Source of the DNA: an uncultured Pseudomonadota bacterium
GTDB taxonomy: Bacteria; Myxococcota_A; UBA796; SXON01
Length of the DNA: 64,000 bases
NCBI GenBank assembly: GCA_903875225.1
Contig: CAIQVJ010000019.1
Coordinates: 166,217 to 230,216 of the forward strand
Direction of reading: 5' to 3'
Shown here: positions 42,450-51,444 of the stretch, in pieces
Layout of the letters: each line of letters starts with the position of its first letter
Position numbering within the stretch: the stretch's first letter is position 1
Made by a program: the position numbers and the translations under genes
Notes under the pieces: generated by a model
What the model was told of the DNA's origin: nothing
Databases searched by the model: none
Seen by the model: only the letters and a program-made list of their open reading frames with translations

Positions 42450-45400
42450 GTGGCGAGAGTTCGCACTTCCCAAATCCCAGACTCCACCGGCACGGTCGCA
42501 CAGTCCGCGCCGGCGGAGCGCACCAGCACGCAGGCACGTACGGGAAAGCCACGCGTGGCCGGCTCCGCCAGGCGCAAGAAGCTCGTGGCGCCCGTCGAGC
42601 AGCCCGGCTCCCTCTGGAGCCCCGCCGTGGAGCAGGGGGTGTTGCTGGTGGGGCTCGGCGTCTGCGGGTTCGTCGCCTGTGCGCTCGCCAGCTGGCACGC
42701 CACGGACCGGAGCCTCTCCGTTGTGAGCCACGTTCCGGTGAAGAACCTGATGGGCTCGATCGGCGCGATCCTCGCCGACCTGCTGCTCCAGGGCTTCGGG
42801 TATGCCTCGTGGTCGGTCCTGGGCGTTGCGGGCATGGTCGTGCTGCGGCTTGCGGGCCGCCGGGTGGGTGGCTGGGCGACCACGGCGCTCGGTGCTGTCG
42901 CCTTCGTGTTGCTCGCCATCGGGATCGAGCTCGTGGCAGGCGCGCCGGGCAGGGCGTTTCCCGCCGGTGGCATCATCGGCGCGGCGGGAGCGGGTATGCT
43001 CGTGCCCCGGCTCGGTCACGCCGGGGCGGGTCTGGCCGTGGCGTCGGGCTTGTCGGCGGCGGTCACCGTGCTGTTCGGGATCAACTGGCAGCCGATGTTC
43101 GCGCGCGCCGTGGATCGCGTGCAGAGCGGCGTGCCGATGGCAGCCCGGGCGGTCGGGTCGCTCGGTGGCGCTGCCGTTCGAGCGGGGGCCAGCGGGGTGA
43201 TGGGACTGCGGGACCGGCTGCGGCCGAGTGAGGACGTGGAGTGCGAGGACGAGGAGGAGGAGGGCCTGGAGGATGATCAGGCCGCCGACGAGGCCGTGCC
43301 CGAACGGGCGTCGGTGCCCGCCGTGACGAAGAGCGGTCCGGAACCGCGCCGGGTCGCGATGCCTCGGCTCCTCACCGAGGACAGGCCGCGCCTGCCCGAG
43401 CCCCAGCGCTCCGAGCCGCGCCGGGCGGAGCGTCCGTCCCTCTCCGACGTGCCGTCTGTGGATCTGCCCTCCGTGCCGAGCGTGTGGTCCGCGCGCGCGG
43501 TGCCGGACCTGCTGCCCATCGACGACATCGACCGCGATGCGCCCACCCAGCACAGCGGGCGCTCCCTCGTCGAGGTCGAGTGGGAGCGCACGCAGGCCCC
43601 GCCGAGCGCGCGTTCGGCAGCGTCCTCCCGCGCCCCTCGCGTCGAGCCGGCCTTCCGTGTCGAGCCGGCCTTCCGCGTCGAGCCTCCCTCCCGGGTCGAG
43701 CCCGCCTCCCGGGTCGAGCCCGCCTCGCGCGTCGACGGACCCTCGCAGGCCCCACGTGCAGCAGGGTTCGGTCGCGCCCCGGTGGAGGACCCCCCGTCCC
43801 GGTTCGATGATCGGCTCTCTGACTGGGCCGCAGGGGATCGTCGGCCCCCCCCCGGCCGCCCCCCCGTCCGGGCGGAGCAGGAGGCCGACGACGACGAGGA
43901 CGATCGGTCCATCCCCGAGCCCCCTTCGGACCTCGGACAGCGCCTTCGGCCCGCCGACGTGGACGCCCCCACGCCGCGCTCGCTCCCTCCTGCGGCGCGC
44001 CCGGCCGCGCGGTCCACGGCCACCGCGGTGCAACCCGCGGTCACCCCTGGAAACCTGCGCTCCGGCGGTTCGAACGACGATGGGCGTGCGGTGCGCCGCG
44101 TTGTCTCGCCCTACCAGTTGCCCCCGCTCTCGCTGCTGGATCATCACCCCGAGATCGTCACGGGCACGGACGAGTCCGTGTTGCACGACCTCGCCCATAC
44201 GCTCACCGCGAAATTGCTCGACTTCGGCGTGGAAGGGCGCGTGGTCGCCATCCGGCCCGGCCCCGTGATCACGCTGTTCGAGTACGAGCCGGCGCCTGGC
44301 GTCAAGGTGTCGAAGATCTCGTCGCTGTCCGACGATCTGGCGATGGCGCTCAAGGCGATGAGCGTGCGCATCGTAGCGCCCATCCCGGGCCGCGGCGTCG
44401 TCGGGATCGAGATCCCGAACGCCAAGCGGCAGACCGTGTGGGCCCGCGACGTGTTCGCCTCCGCGGAGTTCCGCGACCAGCGCAACACCCTGCCGGTGGT
44501 GCTCGGCAAGGACACCGAGGGCAAGCCCTACGTCGGGGACCTCGCGAAGATGCCGCACCTGCTGGTCGGTGGCACCACGGGCTCGGGAAAGAGCGTCGGG
44601 GTGAACGCGATGCTCTGCTCGCTGCTGCTCACCAAGACGCCCGAAGAGCTTAGGATGATCCTCGTGGATCCGAAGATGCTCGAGTTCGAGCTCTACAAGG
44701 ACATCCCGCACCTGCTCCACCCGGTGGTTACCGAGCCCAAGCTGGCCTCTGCCGTGCTCAAGTGGGCGTGCATCGAGATGGACGAGCGCTACCGGCTGCT
44801 CGCGCGTTGGCAGACGCGCAACATCGAGGGCTACAACGACCGGGTGACGGAGGAGACGAAGGACTGGACCCCGGAGAAGGCGCGCAGGTACGCCCCGAAG
44901 GACTGGCCGGACGGCGATCTCCTGCCCCTGCCGAAGAAGCTCGCCTACGTCGTGGTCGTCATCGACGAGCTCGCCGACCTGATGATGGTCGCTGCGAAGG
45001 ACGTGGAGGAGAGCATCGTCCGCATCGCCCAGAAGGCGCGCGCGTGCGGCATCCACCTGATCGTCGCGACGCAGCGGCCCAGCGTGGACGTGATCACCGG
45101 CCTCATCAAGGCGAACATGCCCTCGCGGCTCGCCTACCAGGTGCGTCAGAAGAACGACGGGCGCACGATCCTCGACCAGAACGGCGCCGAGGCCCTGCTC
45201 GGCAAGGGCGATCTCCTGTTCCTGCCACCCGGGACCTCCGGCCTCCTGCGCGCCCACGGGCCGTTCCTCACGGACGACGAGGTGCGCCGCGTGACCGACC
45301 ACTGCCGCAGCCAGGGCGCGCCCGACTATGCGCCTGCGATCAAGCTCGAAGAGGGCGACGGGATGGACCCCGAGGAGCTCGAGGCCGAGAAGGACGAGAA

Positions 45401-45581
45401 CTACGACCGCGCCGTGGACTTCGCGATCGAGAAGGGCAAGATCTCGACCAGCATGATCCAGCGGCTCCTGAAGATCGGCTACAACCGGGCGGCCCGGATG
45501 ATGGAGATCATGGAGCAGGAGGGCGTCGTGGGGCCAGCCGACGGGGCCAAGCCCAGGGACGTGCTCGTCCAGGAGCGGTGA
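42450..45581 (+). CDS. ftsK: DNA translocase FtsK
   Basis: N-terminal TM helices, a ~330-aa Pro/Arg/Ser-rich linker, the motor domain (GGTTGSGKS Walker A, VVVIDELADLMM Walker B, LIVATQRPS) and the gamma winged-helix (STSMIQRLLKIGYNRAARMMEIME). Confidence 0.95.
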   Translation: MARVRTSQIPDSTGTVAQSAPAERTSTQARTGKPRVAGSARRKKLVAPVEQPGSLWSPAVEQGVLLVGLGVCGFVACALASWHATDRSLSVVSHVPVKNLMGSIGAILADLLLQGFGYASWSVLGVAGMVVLRLAGRRVGGWATTALGAVAFVLLAIGIELVAGAPGRAFPAGGIIGAAGAGMLVPRLGHAGAGLAVASGLSAAVTVLFGINWQPMFARAVDRVQSGVPMAARAVGSLGGAAVRAGASGVMGLRDRLRPSEDVECEDEEEEGLEDDQAADEAVPERASVPAVTKSGPEPRRVAMPRLLTEDRPRLPEPQRSEPRRAERPSLSDVPSVDLPSVPSVWSARAVPDLLPIDDIDRDAPTQHSGRSLVEVEWERTQAPPSARSAASSRAPRVEPAFRVEPAFRVEPPSRVEPASRVEPASRVDGPSQAPRAAGFGRAPVEDPPSRFDDRLSDWAAGDRRPPPGRPPVRAEQEADDDEDDRSIPEPPSDLGQRLRPADVDAPTPRSLPPAARPAARSTATAVQPAVTPGNLRSGGSNDDGRAVRRVVSPYQLPPLSLLDHHPEIVTGTDESVLHDLAHTLTAKLLDFGVEGRVVAIRPGPVITLFEYEPAPGVKVSKISSLSDDLAMALKAMSVRIVAPIPGRGVVGIEIPNAKRQTVWARDVFASAEFRDQRNTLPVVLGKDTEGKPYVGDLAKMPHLLVGGTTGSGKSVGVNAMLCSLLLTKTPEELRMILVDPKMLEFELYKDIPHLLHPVVTEPKLASAVLKWACIEMDERYRLLARWQTRNIEGYNDRVTEETKDWTPEKARRYAPKDWPDGDLLPLPKKLAYVVVVIDELADLMMVAAKDVEESIVRIAQKARACGIHLIVATQRPSVDVITGLIKANMPSRLAYQVRQKNDGRTILDQNGAEALLGKGDLLFLPPGTSGLLRAHGPFLTDDEVRRVTDHCRSQGAPDYAPAIKLEEGDGMDPEELEAEKDENYDRAVDFAIEKGKISTSMIQRLLKIGYNRAARMMEIMEQEGVVGPADGAKPRDVLVQER
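43639..43737. repeat. Roughly 5.5 tandem 18-bp repeats encoding (R-V-E-P-A/P-x)n in the FtsK linker
   Basis: gtcgagcc(g/t/c)... recurs at 43641, 43659, 43677, 43695 and 43713. The protein reads RVEPAFRVEPAFRVEPPSRVEPASRVEPASRVDGP. Confidence 0.85.
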
Positions 45582-45765
45582 GCCGCGGCCGGGTAGAGCG
45601 GCGTTCCATGGCCCCATCCCGAGCGCGATCCCGGCGTGGCGAGCCGCCCAACTTGCCAAAGCCTCCCGCATCGGCTAAGCGCGCCCCGCTCCGGGCTCCC
45701 CGGGGTGTAACGTACGACTTGTCGAGGCTGCCTTCGGGTCGCGGCTCGTCCAATGCGAGGTAGAA

Positions 45766-46431
45766 ATGGGCAAGAACAGCGAAATGGGCCTCATCGGCCG
45801 CAAGATCGGCATGACGCAGGTGTTTGACGCAGTGGGCGCGGCGCTCGGCGTCACGGTCGTGGAGCTCGGCCCCAACGTGGTGCTCCAGGGCAAGACCACC
45901 AAGGGCAACGACGGGTACTCGGCGCTCCAGCTTGGCTTTGGCACGCGCAAGGTCACGCGCGTCACGAAGGCGGAGCAGGGCCACTACAAGAAGGCCGGCG
46001 AGTCCGTCCTCCCGCGCTTCGTCCACGAGATCCGGGTGCCCGACGCCGTCGTGGCCGCCCATCCTGTCGGTACCGTTCTGGCCGTCGCCGACGTGTTCAA
46101 GGGCGGCATCCGCGTGGACGTCACCGGGACCTCGAAGGGTCGCGGGTTCTCCGGCGTCATGAAGCGCCACAACTTCCAGGGCTTCAAGCGCACGCACGGC
46201 GTGCACGAATACCACCGTCACGGCGGCTCCATCGGCACGCGCCTCACGCCCGGCATGACCTTCAAGGGCGTCGGGATGCCCGGTCACATGGGCGATGAGC
46301 AGGTCACGCAGCAGGGCCTCCTGGTGCACGCCATCGACACCGAGCGCAACCTGATCTACATCAAGGGCGGCATCCCCGGCTTCGATGGTGCGAACGTGGT
46401 CATCCGCCACGCGGTCAAGAAGCGCAAGTAG
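45766..46431 (+). CDS. rplC: 50S ribosomal protein L3, outside any S10/spc ribosomal operon
   Basis: MGLIGRKIGMTQVF, VDVTGTSKGRGFSGVMKRHNF, HGGSIGTRLTPG, MPGHMG, ERNLIYIKGGIPG. GAGG lies 5 nt upstream of ATG 45766. There is no rpsJ upstream (ftsK instead) and no rplD downstream (a convergent hypothetical gene). Confidence 0.93.
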   Translation: MGKNSEMGLIGRKIGMTQVFDAVGAALGVTVVELGPNVVLQGKTTKGNDGYSALQLGFGTRKVTRVTKAEQGHYKKAGESVLPRFVHEIRVPDAVVAAHPVGTVLAVADVFKGGIRVDVTGTSKGRGFSGVMKRHNFQGFKRTHGVHEYHRHGGSIGTRLTPGMTFKGVGMPGHMGDEQVTQQGLLVHAIDTERNLIYIKGGIPGFDGANVVIRHAVKKRK

Positions 46432-46460
46432 GCTTCGGGCCCCTCGGGGCTCGAACAGCG

Positions 46461-46500
46461 CGGGCCGGAGGAGCGATCCTTCGGCCCGTCGCCGTTTTGG
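46461..46500 (+). terminator. Possible terminator hairpin after rplC
   Basis: CGGGCCG (46461-46467) pairs with CGGCCCG (46482-46488) across a 14-nt loop, followed by tcgccgTTTTgg. It lies in the convergent intergenic gap. The stem is short and the loop large, so confidence is weak. Confidence 0.3.
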
Positions 46501-46532
46501 GGACCCGCGCAGCATTCCGGGAGCGAAGTGAG

Positions 46533-47075
46533 CTACGGCGGGCCGAAGGCGGGATCGAAGGGGCGTGGCCGGTTCTGATCGGTGTAGAACGCCGCCACCA
46601 CGCCGATGACGACCGGGAGCGCCACGATGCAGGGTTGCCCCCGGAGAAAGGCGAGGCCGATTCCCAACCCGACCAGGGACAACAGCACGGTGAAGATGCC
46701 CGCGAGGAACGACAGCGTCGACCCGTGTCGGAAACGGACCTTCGTGCCCACCAGGCGTGCGACCAGACCGCTGACGACGCGGTGATAGGTCTCGGTGCGG
46801 TATTCGGGGGCTCCCAGGCCGACCCAGACGTTCTCGAAGGCGATCCGGCGACCTGCCCCGCGGATCGTGCACCCGTGACGGGTCGGGTGGTACATCCCCT
46901 GCCGATGGGTCTGAAGGTACACGTGCTCGACCTCTTCCCAGGGAATGCGCATCTCAGTGGCGCCGATGCGCTGCCACACGCCGTGGGAGTCGATTCCGAC
47001 CTCCCGCTCGCGGCGCAGCATCGAGCTTTTGCACGTGTGGCAGAGGGGCGGGAACGATGACTCGATGGCGCTCAC
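46533..47075 (-). CDS. Hypothetical membrane protein (soluble N-domain plus two C-terminal TM helices)
   Basis: 180-aa ORF with coding-like composition. TM segments are FLAGIFTVLLSLVGLGIGLAFL and IVALPVVIGVVAAFY. I recognise no family. Confidence 0.5.
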   Translation of the reverse strand: MSAIESSFPPLCHTCKSSMLRREREVGIDSHGVWQRIGATEMRIPWEEVEHVYLQTHRQGMYHPTRHGCTIRGAGRRIAFENVWVGLGAPEYRTETYHRVVSGLVARLVGTKVRFRHGSTLSFLAGIFTVLLSLVGLGIGLAFLRGQPCIVALPVVIGVVAAFYTDQNRPRPFDPAFGPP

Positions 47076-47182
47076 GAGCGAAAGCGTACTCCAATTGGGT
47101 ACTTTTCACCAGACCCCGGGGGCGAACCTGCCTTCGGTCGGTGGTCGGCGCCCTGTCGAGTACGACAGGTTAGCAGCCTGGA

Positions 47183-47794
47183 ATGAGCGATCTGGCCCGA
47201 TGGTGTGTGGACGGCGGCTGGGTCTCCCTCGTCGAGGGGGGAATGGCGCTCGGCGCTGTAGGGATCGCCTCGGCTATGGTGGCCGCGTGGCAGCGGCGGA
47301 AGCGCATCGATGAGGTCGGCAGCCTGGGCTCGATCGCGGAGCGGGCCTATGGGCGGCAGCGCGCCGAATGGTGGGATCGCGCGAAATTCGCGATGGTCAT
47401 GGCGGCGTTCCCCCTCTGCGTCGTGGTCGGCTTCGGGGCTTCTGAGCTGACTTCGGCACGGGACGAGTCGAAGTTCGAGGCGGAGGTCGTCCGGCAGGTC
47501 CTCGACCAGGGCGGGCTGGTCCCAGGCGCGTCGTTGGGCGAGGTCCTCGGGTACCATCCCTGGGTGCATTCGGATGCGAGCTGCTCCCGATACCGGGACC
47601 GGCGCCCGGGGGAGGGGATCATGCATCCGGACATGGACGAGGGGCCCCTGAGCTGCACCATGTCAACCCTGACCTTCAGATTGCCGGATGGCGAGCCGAT
47701 CACGCTCCAGGTCCATCAGTCGGCAGCGGGGTGGACTGTGTCGTCCGGCGATCCCGCGTCGCGAGCCCGACTGCGGGCGCTGGGGCCGGAGTAG
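47183..47794 (+). CDS. Hypothetical membrane protein
   Basis: 203-aa ORF with two hydrophobic segments (GGMALGAVGIASAMVAAW; FAMVMAAFPLCVVVGFGA). I recognise no family. Confidence 0.45.
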   Translation: MSDLARWCVDGGWVSLVEGGMALGAVGIASAMVAAWQRRKRIDEVGSLGSIAERAYGRQRAEWWDRAKFAMVMAAFPLCVVVGFGASELTSARDESKFEAEVVRQVLDQGGLVPGASLGEVLGYHPWVHSDASCSRYRDRRPGEGIMHPDMDEGPLSCTMSTLTFRLPDGEPITLQVHQSAAGWTVSSGDPASRARLRALGPE

Positions 47795-47866
47795 CGCCTC
47801 CCGCCCGATGCAAAGCGCCGTCCACGGCTGCATGCCGGCCCCTGATCCCGCCTGCGCAGGCGCCCC

Positions 47867-49594
47867 TCACCCCACGAAGAACCGCACCACGGCCATCAAC
47901 CTGCGGCTCCACTCGCGCGGATGGAACCGGGTGGCGAAGAGCCAGTGGGCGACGAGCCCCGCGAACATCACCAGCGCCACCATGCTCACGCCCGCCCCCG
48001 CGATCGCGAGGAGCGGCACGCCCCAGGGCTGCGGGCTCCACGGCGCGATCAGGATGGCGCCGGAGACGCCCAGGGCCAGGGCACAGATCGCGAGCGAGAC
48101 CCGAATGGCCGCATGCCGGATCTCGGTCCGGAGCTCCTCGGACTCGGGGTCGCGAGTGGTGACGGAGATCCGCCCGCGCTCGAGGTCCGTGAGGAGCTGG
48201 TTCGCCTGGGTCGGCAGGTCGCGAAACGCGGACTGTGCGTGCTGCATGAGCCGCATGGCGTCTGCGGAGAGGCGCTCGGGGCCGAGGCGCGTCTGCATCA
48301 GGCGGGCAGCGAGCGGGCGTACCTCCTCGACGATGTCCACGTCGGGCAGCAGCCGGCGCGCGATGCCGTCGACGATGCTGGTGGCCCGCGCGATCACGGC
48401 GAACTCGCGCGGGAGCTGGATCCGGTAGAGGCTGGCGACCTGGATGAACTCCGTCAGCGAGCTGTTCTCCGACAGTCGCGCCAGGCTCGCCCCCTGGTAC
48501 TTGGACATCAGGCGCTGGATCTCCCCCCGGAACGCCTTGAGGTCGACGCGCTCGTTGGTGGCTCCCGCCCGGTAGATCGCGAGGGCGACGGTCTCGGCGT
48601 CACGAAACACCAGGCCGGTGAACACCGAGGTCATGACGTCCTGCATCTCACCGGTCAGATGGCCGGTGAGCCCGAAGTCGAGGAAGCACAGCTCGCCGCC
48701 TGGGAGCACGAGCAGGTTGCCCGGGTGCGGGTCGCCATGGAAGAACCCGTGCTCGAAGAGCTGGAGGTACCAGCTCTCGATCAACCGGCGCATCGCCGCC
48801 TTGCCCTCCTCGGAGCCGGGAACCACGCGGTTGAGCCGCATGCCGTCGACCATCGCCATCACCATCACCCGGCGCGTGCCCAGTTCCCGGTACACCTCGG
48901 GGGCGTGGACGCCGTTGACGTTGCGATGTTGCGCCCGGAACCGCTCGCACGCCCGCGCCTCCTGCAGGAAGTCGAGCTCGCTCTCCATCGCGGCCTGAAA
49001 CTCCTGCGCGATCTCCACGGGGGTGTAGAGGCCCGGGAACTTGATCTGCCCCTCGATCAGGTGGGCGAGGGTGTAGAGGATGTGCAGGTCGGACCGGAGC
49101 AGCTTCTCGATGCCCGGGCGCTGGACCTTGACCGCGACTCTTCGACCGTCCAGCAGGGTCGCGGTGTGCACCTGCGCGATGCTGGCGCTCGCGATGGGCT
49201 CTTCGTCGAAGCTCTGGAACACCTCTTCCAGGGGGCGAAGGAGCTCCTGCTCGACCAGGGTCTTGATCTGGCCGAACTCGACCCGGGGGGCGTCGTCCTG
49301 CAGGTGGGCGAGCTCGTCGAGCACGTCGGCGGGGAGGATGTCGGGACGGACCGAGAGCACCTGCCCGAGCTTGATGAACGTGGGCCCCAGGTCGGCCAGG
49401 GCGAGGCGCAGGCGCATGCCGAACGGCGAGTCGGACTGCTTGTTGCGCGTCTCGACCCCCACGAGGCGCCCCAGCTCCCCGAACCCGTGGGAAGCGAGAA
49501 CGAGGGCGACCTCGGTGATTCGGGGGAGATCCTGTACGCTGATCGGGGGCACCTGCACTCCTATCGTCGCGTTCGCGATAAGCCCCACGGTCAT
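47867..49594 (-). CDS. ubiB: UbiB/ABC1-family atypical kinase
   Basis: LGPTFIKLGQ.LS.RPD.LP, PIASASIAQVH.A, VAVKVQRPG, HGDPHPGNL and two C-terminal TM helices. The start is taken at the internal ATG (MTVGLI), because the longer ORF would run into the divergent SBP gene. Confidence 0.88.
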   Translation of the reverse strand: MTVGLIANATIGVQVPPISVQDLPRITEVALVLASHGFGELGRLVGVETRNKQSDSPFGMRLRLALADLGPTFIKLGQVLSVRPDILPADVLDELAHLQDDAPRVEFGQIKTLVEQELLRPLEEVFQSFDEEPIASASIAQVHTATLLDGRRVAVKVQRPGIEKLLRSDLHILYTLAHLIEGQIKFPGLYTPVEIAQEFQAAMESELDFLQEARACERFRAQHRNVNGVHAPEVYRELGTRRVMVMAMVDGMRLNRVVPGSEEGKAAMRRLIESWYLQLFEHGFFHGDPHPGNLLVLPGGELCFLDFGLTGHLTGEMQDVMTSVFTGLVFRDAETVALAIYRAGATNERVDLKAFRGEIQRLMSKYQGASLARLSENSSLTEFIQVASLYRIQLPREFAVIARATSIVDGIARRLLPDVDIVEEVRPLAARLMQTRLGPERLSADAMRLMQHAQSAFRDLPTQANQLLTDLERGRISVTTRDPESEELRTEIRHAAIRVSLAICALALGVSGAILIAPWSPQPWGVPLLAIAGAGVSMVALVMFAGLVAHWLFATRFHPREWSRRLMAVVRFFVG

Positions 49595-51377
49595 GAGCCG
49601 TTCTTCCCTGCCCTGGTCTCGCGCGCTCTGCCTTCCCAGCGTGCTTTTTCTCTTCGGCGGTTCTGCGCTTCCCGGCTGTTCGGGGGAGGAGGCCGCGGTC
49701 AAACCGGGGAACCCCGTCCCCGCCGCGCAGGAGGGAGGCCCGCTGCAGCGAGATGCGCTGGTGATCGCAACCCCGGTGGACGCCAAGGATCTGCTCTACG
49801 TCGTGAGCCAGACCGCCAGCGACTCCGCGATCATCGAAGCGACGAGCATGTCGGCGATGGACGGAGATTTCGACTGCAAGATCACGTACCAGCCCGAGCT
49901 CGCGGCTTCGTGGCAGTTCAGCGAGGACGGAAAGTCGATTACCGTCCACCTGCGCGACGACGTGACGTGGGAGGATGGTCAACCGGTCACGGCGGACGAC
50001 TACAAGTTCACCTACGATCTCGTCGCCGACCCTGCAGTCGCCTCCCCGCGGCTCGACATGCTCTCCCACATGCTTCCCGATGCCCGTCCGCGTGTGATCG
50101 ACGCCCACACCGTCGAGTTCCAGTTCAAGGAAGCCTACGATCGCACGACGATGCTCTCGCACCTGGGCATCCCTTTCGTGCCGAAGCACGTGCTCGACAG
50201 TCCCGGGGTCGACCGCGCCTCGTTGCGTGGTCACGCGATCAACGCGACAGCGCCGCTGGCGAACGGCCCGTGGCGGGTAGCCACATGGGAGAAGAACGCG
50301 CGGATCGTGCTCGAGCCGAACCCCAAGTTCACCGGCCCGAAATCGATGATCCCGAAGCTCAAGCGCGTGATCTTCAAGGTGATCCCGGAGTACGCCACGC
50401 GGCTCCTGGAGCTGGAGAACGGCAGCGTGGACCTGATGGATCAGGTGTTGGTGGCAGACGCTGACAAGCTCGCTGCCGAGCACCCCGAGATCCAGCTCCA
50501 CCGCCGCGGGTGGCGCACGCTCGACAGCGTGCTGTGGAACACGATCGATCCCGTGGACTACAAGGCGAAGCTCGATACCGCGAAGCCCGGGGTGAAACCC
50601 TCGGACGTGAAGCCCAACCACCTCTTCGGTGATCGGGAGGTGCGCCGCGCCCTGGCGTCTGCGGTCGACGTGGACAAGCTCATCAAGGATCTGCTCACCT
50701 CGCAGGTGACCGGTGAGGTGTACGGGCGCCCCGCCATCGGGACGATCACGCCAGCGCTCTGCGGCGCGCACAACGACAACCTGCAGCGCCTCCCCTTCGA
50801 CCCCGCCTCCGCTCGCACGCAGCTTGCGGCGCTCGGCTGGACGGACAGCAACGGCGACGGTTGGCTCGACAAGGGTGGCGAGGTGATGCGTTTCACCATG
50901 ATCACCAACGCGGGGAACCAGCGGCGGGCCAAGGCGGCGGTGATCATCCAGTCCAACCTCAAGGACGTCGGCGTGGACATGCAGATCGAGCAGCTCGAGA
51001 GCAACACGTTCTTCGAGCGCCTGCGGGCCCGCGACTACGATGCGGCGCTCTCGGGCTTCGCTGCGGGGCTACTGATCGACCCGGGTGCTTTCTGGGCGCC
51101 GAACGCGGAGTTCAACTTCACCAGCTACCGCAACCCCAAGGTCGACGACCTCATCGCCCGCGGCATGTCCGAGCCCGACTACGAGAAGGCGAAGCCCATC
51201 TGGCCGGAGCTCCAGCAGACGATCTACGACGACCAGCCGTTTGCCTTCCTGTACTGGATGGACGACATCGTGGCGGTGAACAGCCGCTTCCAGAACACCG
51301 CGATCGACATCCTCTCGCCGTACCGGCGCCTCTACCAGTGGTCCGTGCCGGTCGACAAGGTCAAATACCAGCAGTGA
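49593..51377 (+). CDS. ABC transporter substrate-binding lipoprotein, family 5 (Opp/Dpp/Nik-type)
   Basis: An internal ATG gives MSRSSLPWSRALCLPSVLFLFGGSALPGC. Family-5 blocks follow (ELAASW..SEDGK..T..LR.DV.W.DG.P.TA.D, NP.F.GPK, Y.YWMD). Confidence 0.9.
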   Translation: MSRSSLPWSRALCLPSVLFLFGGSALPGCSGEEAAVKPGNPVPAAQEGGPLQRDALVIATPVDAKDLLYVVSQTASDSAIIEATSMSAMDGDFDCKITYQPELAASWQFSEDGKSITVHLRDDVTWEDGQPVTADDYKFTYDLVADPAVASPRLDMLSHMLPDARPRVIDAHTVEFQFKEAYDRTTMLSHLGIPFVPKHVLDSPGVDRASLRGHAINATAPLANGPWRVATWEKNARIVLEPNPKFTGPKSMIPKLKRVIFKVIPEYATRLLELENGSVDLMDQVLVADADKLAAEHPEIQLHRRGWRTLDSVLWNTIDPVDYKAKLDTAKPGVKPSDVKPNHLFGDREVRRALASAVDVDKLIKDLLTSQVTGEVYGRPAIGTITPALCGAHNDNLQRLPFDPASARTQLAALGWTDSNGDGWLDKGGEVMRFTMITNAGNQRRAKAAVIIQSNLKDVGVDMQIEQLESNTFFERLRARDYDAALSGFAAGLLIDPGAFWAPNAEFNFTSYRNPKVDDLIARGMSEPDYEKAKPIWPELQQTIYDDQPFAFLYWMDDIVAVNSRFQNTAIDILSPYRRLYQWSVPVDKVKYQQ

Positions 51378-51444
51378 GACGCGACCCGACCGCGACCTCC
51401 GGCCGGGCGCCCGGCATCGCGGCGGCGCCGCGCGGAGGGCCGCA

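Noticed and set aside
44067-44074. GGTTCGAA, a tRNA T-loop-like motif
   Set aside because: It lies inside the ftsK linker coding sequence, and no acceptor or anticodon stem complementarity surrounds it.
42444-45671. 1075-aa minus-strand ORF
   Set aside because: It is antisense to ftsK, whose identity is unambiguous (Walker A/B and the gamma domain). The antisense translation has no recognisable domain.
47093-47109. Near-palindrome GTACTCCAATTGGGTAC in the divergent spacer between two hypothetical membrane-protein genes
   Set aside because: Only the central CCAATTGG is a true palindrome, and the arms are imperfect. A single occurrence with no associated regulator is too weak to call an operator.
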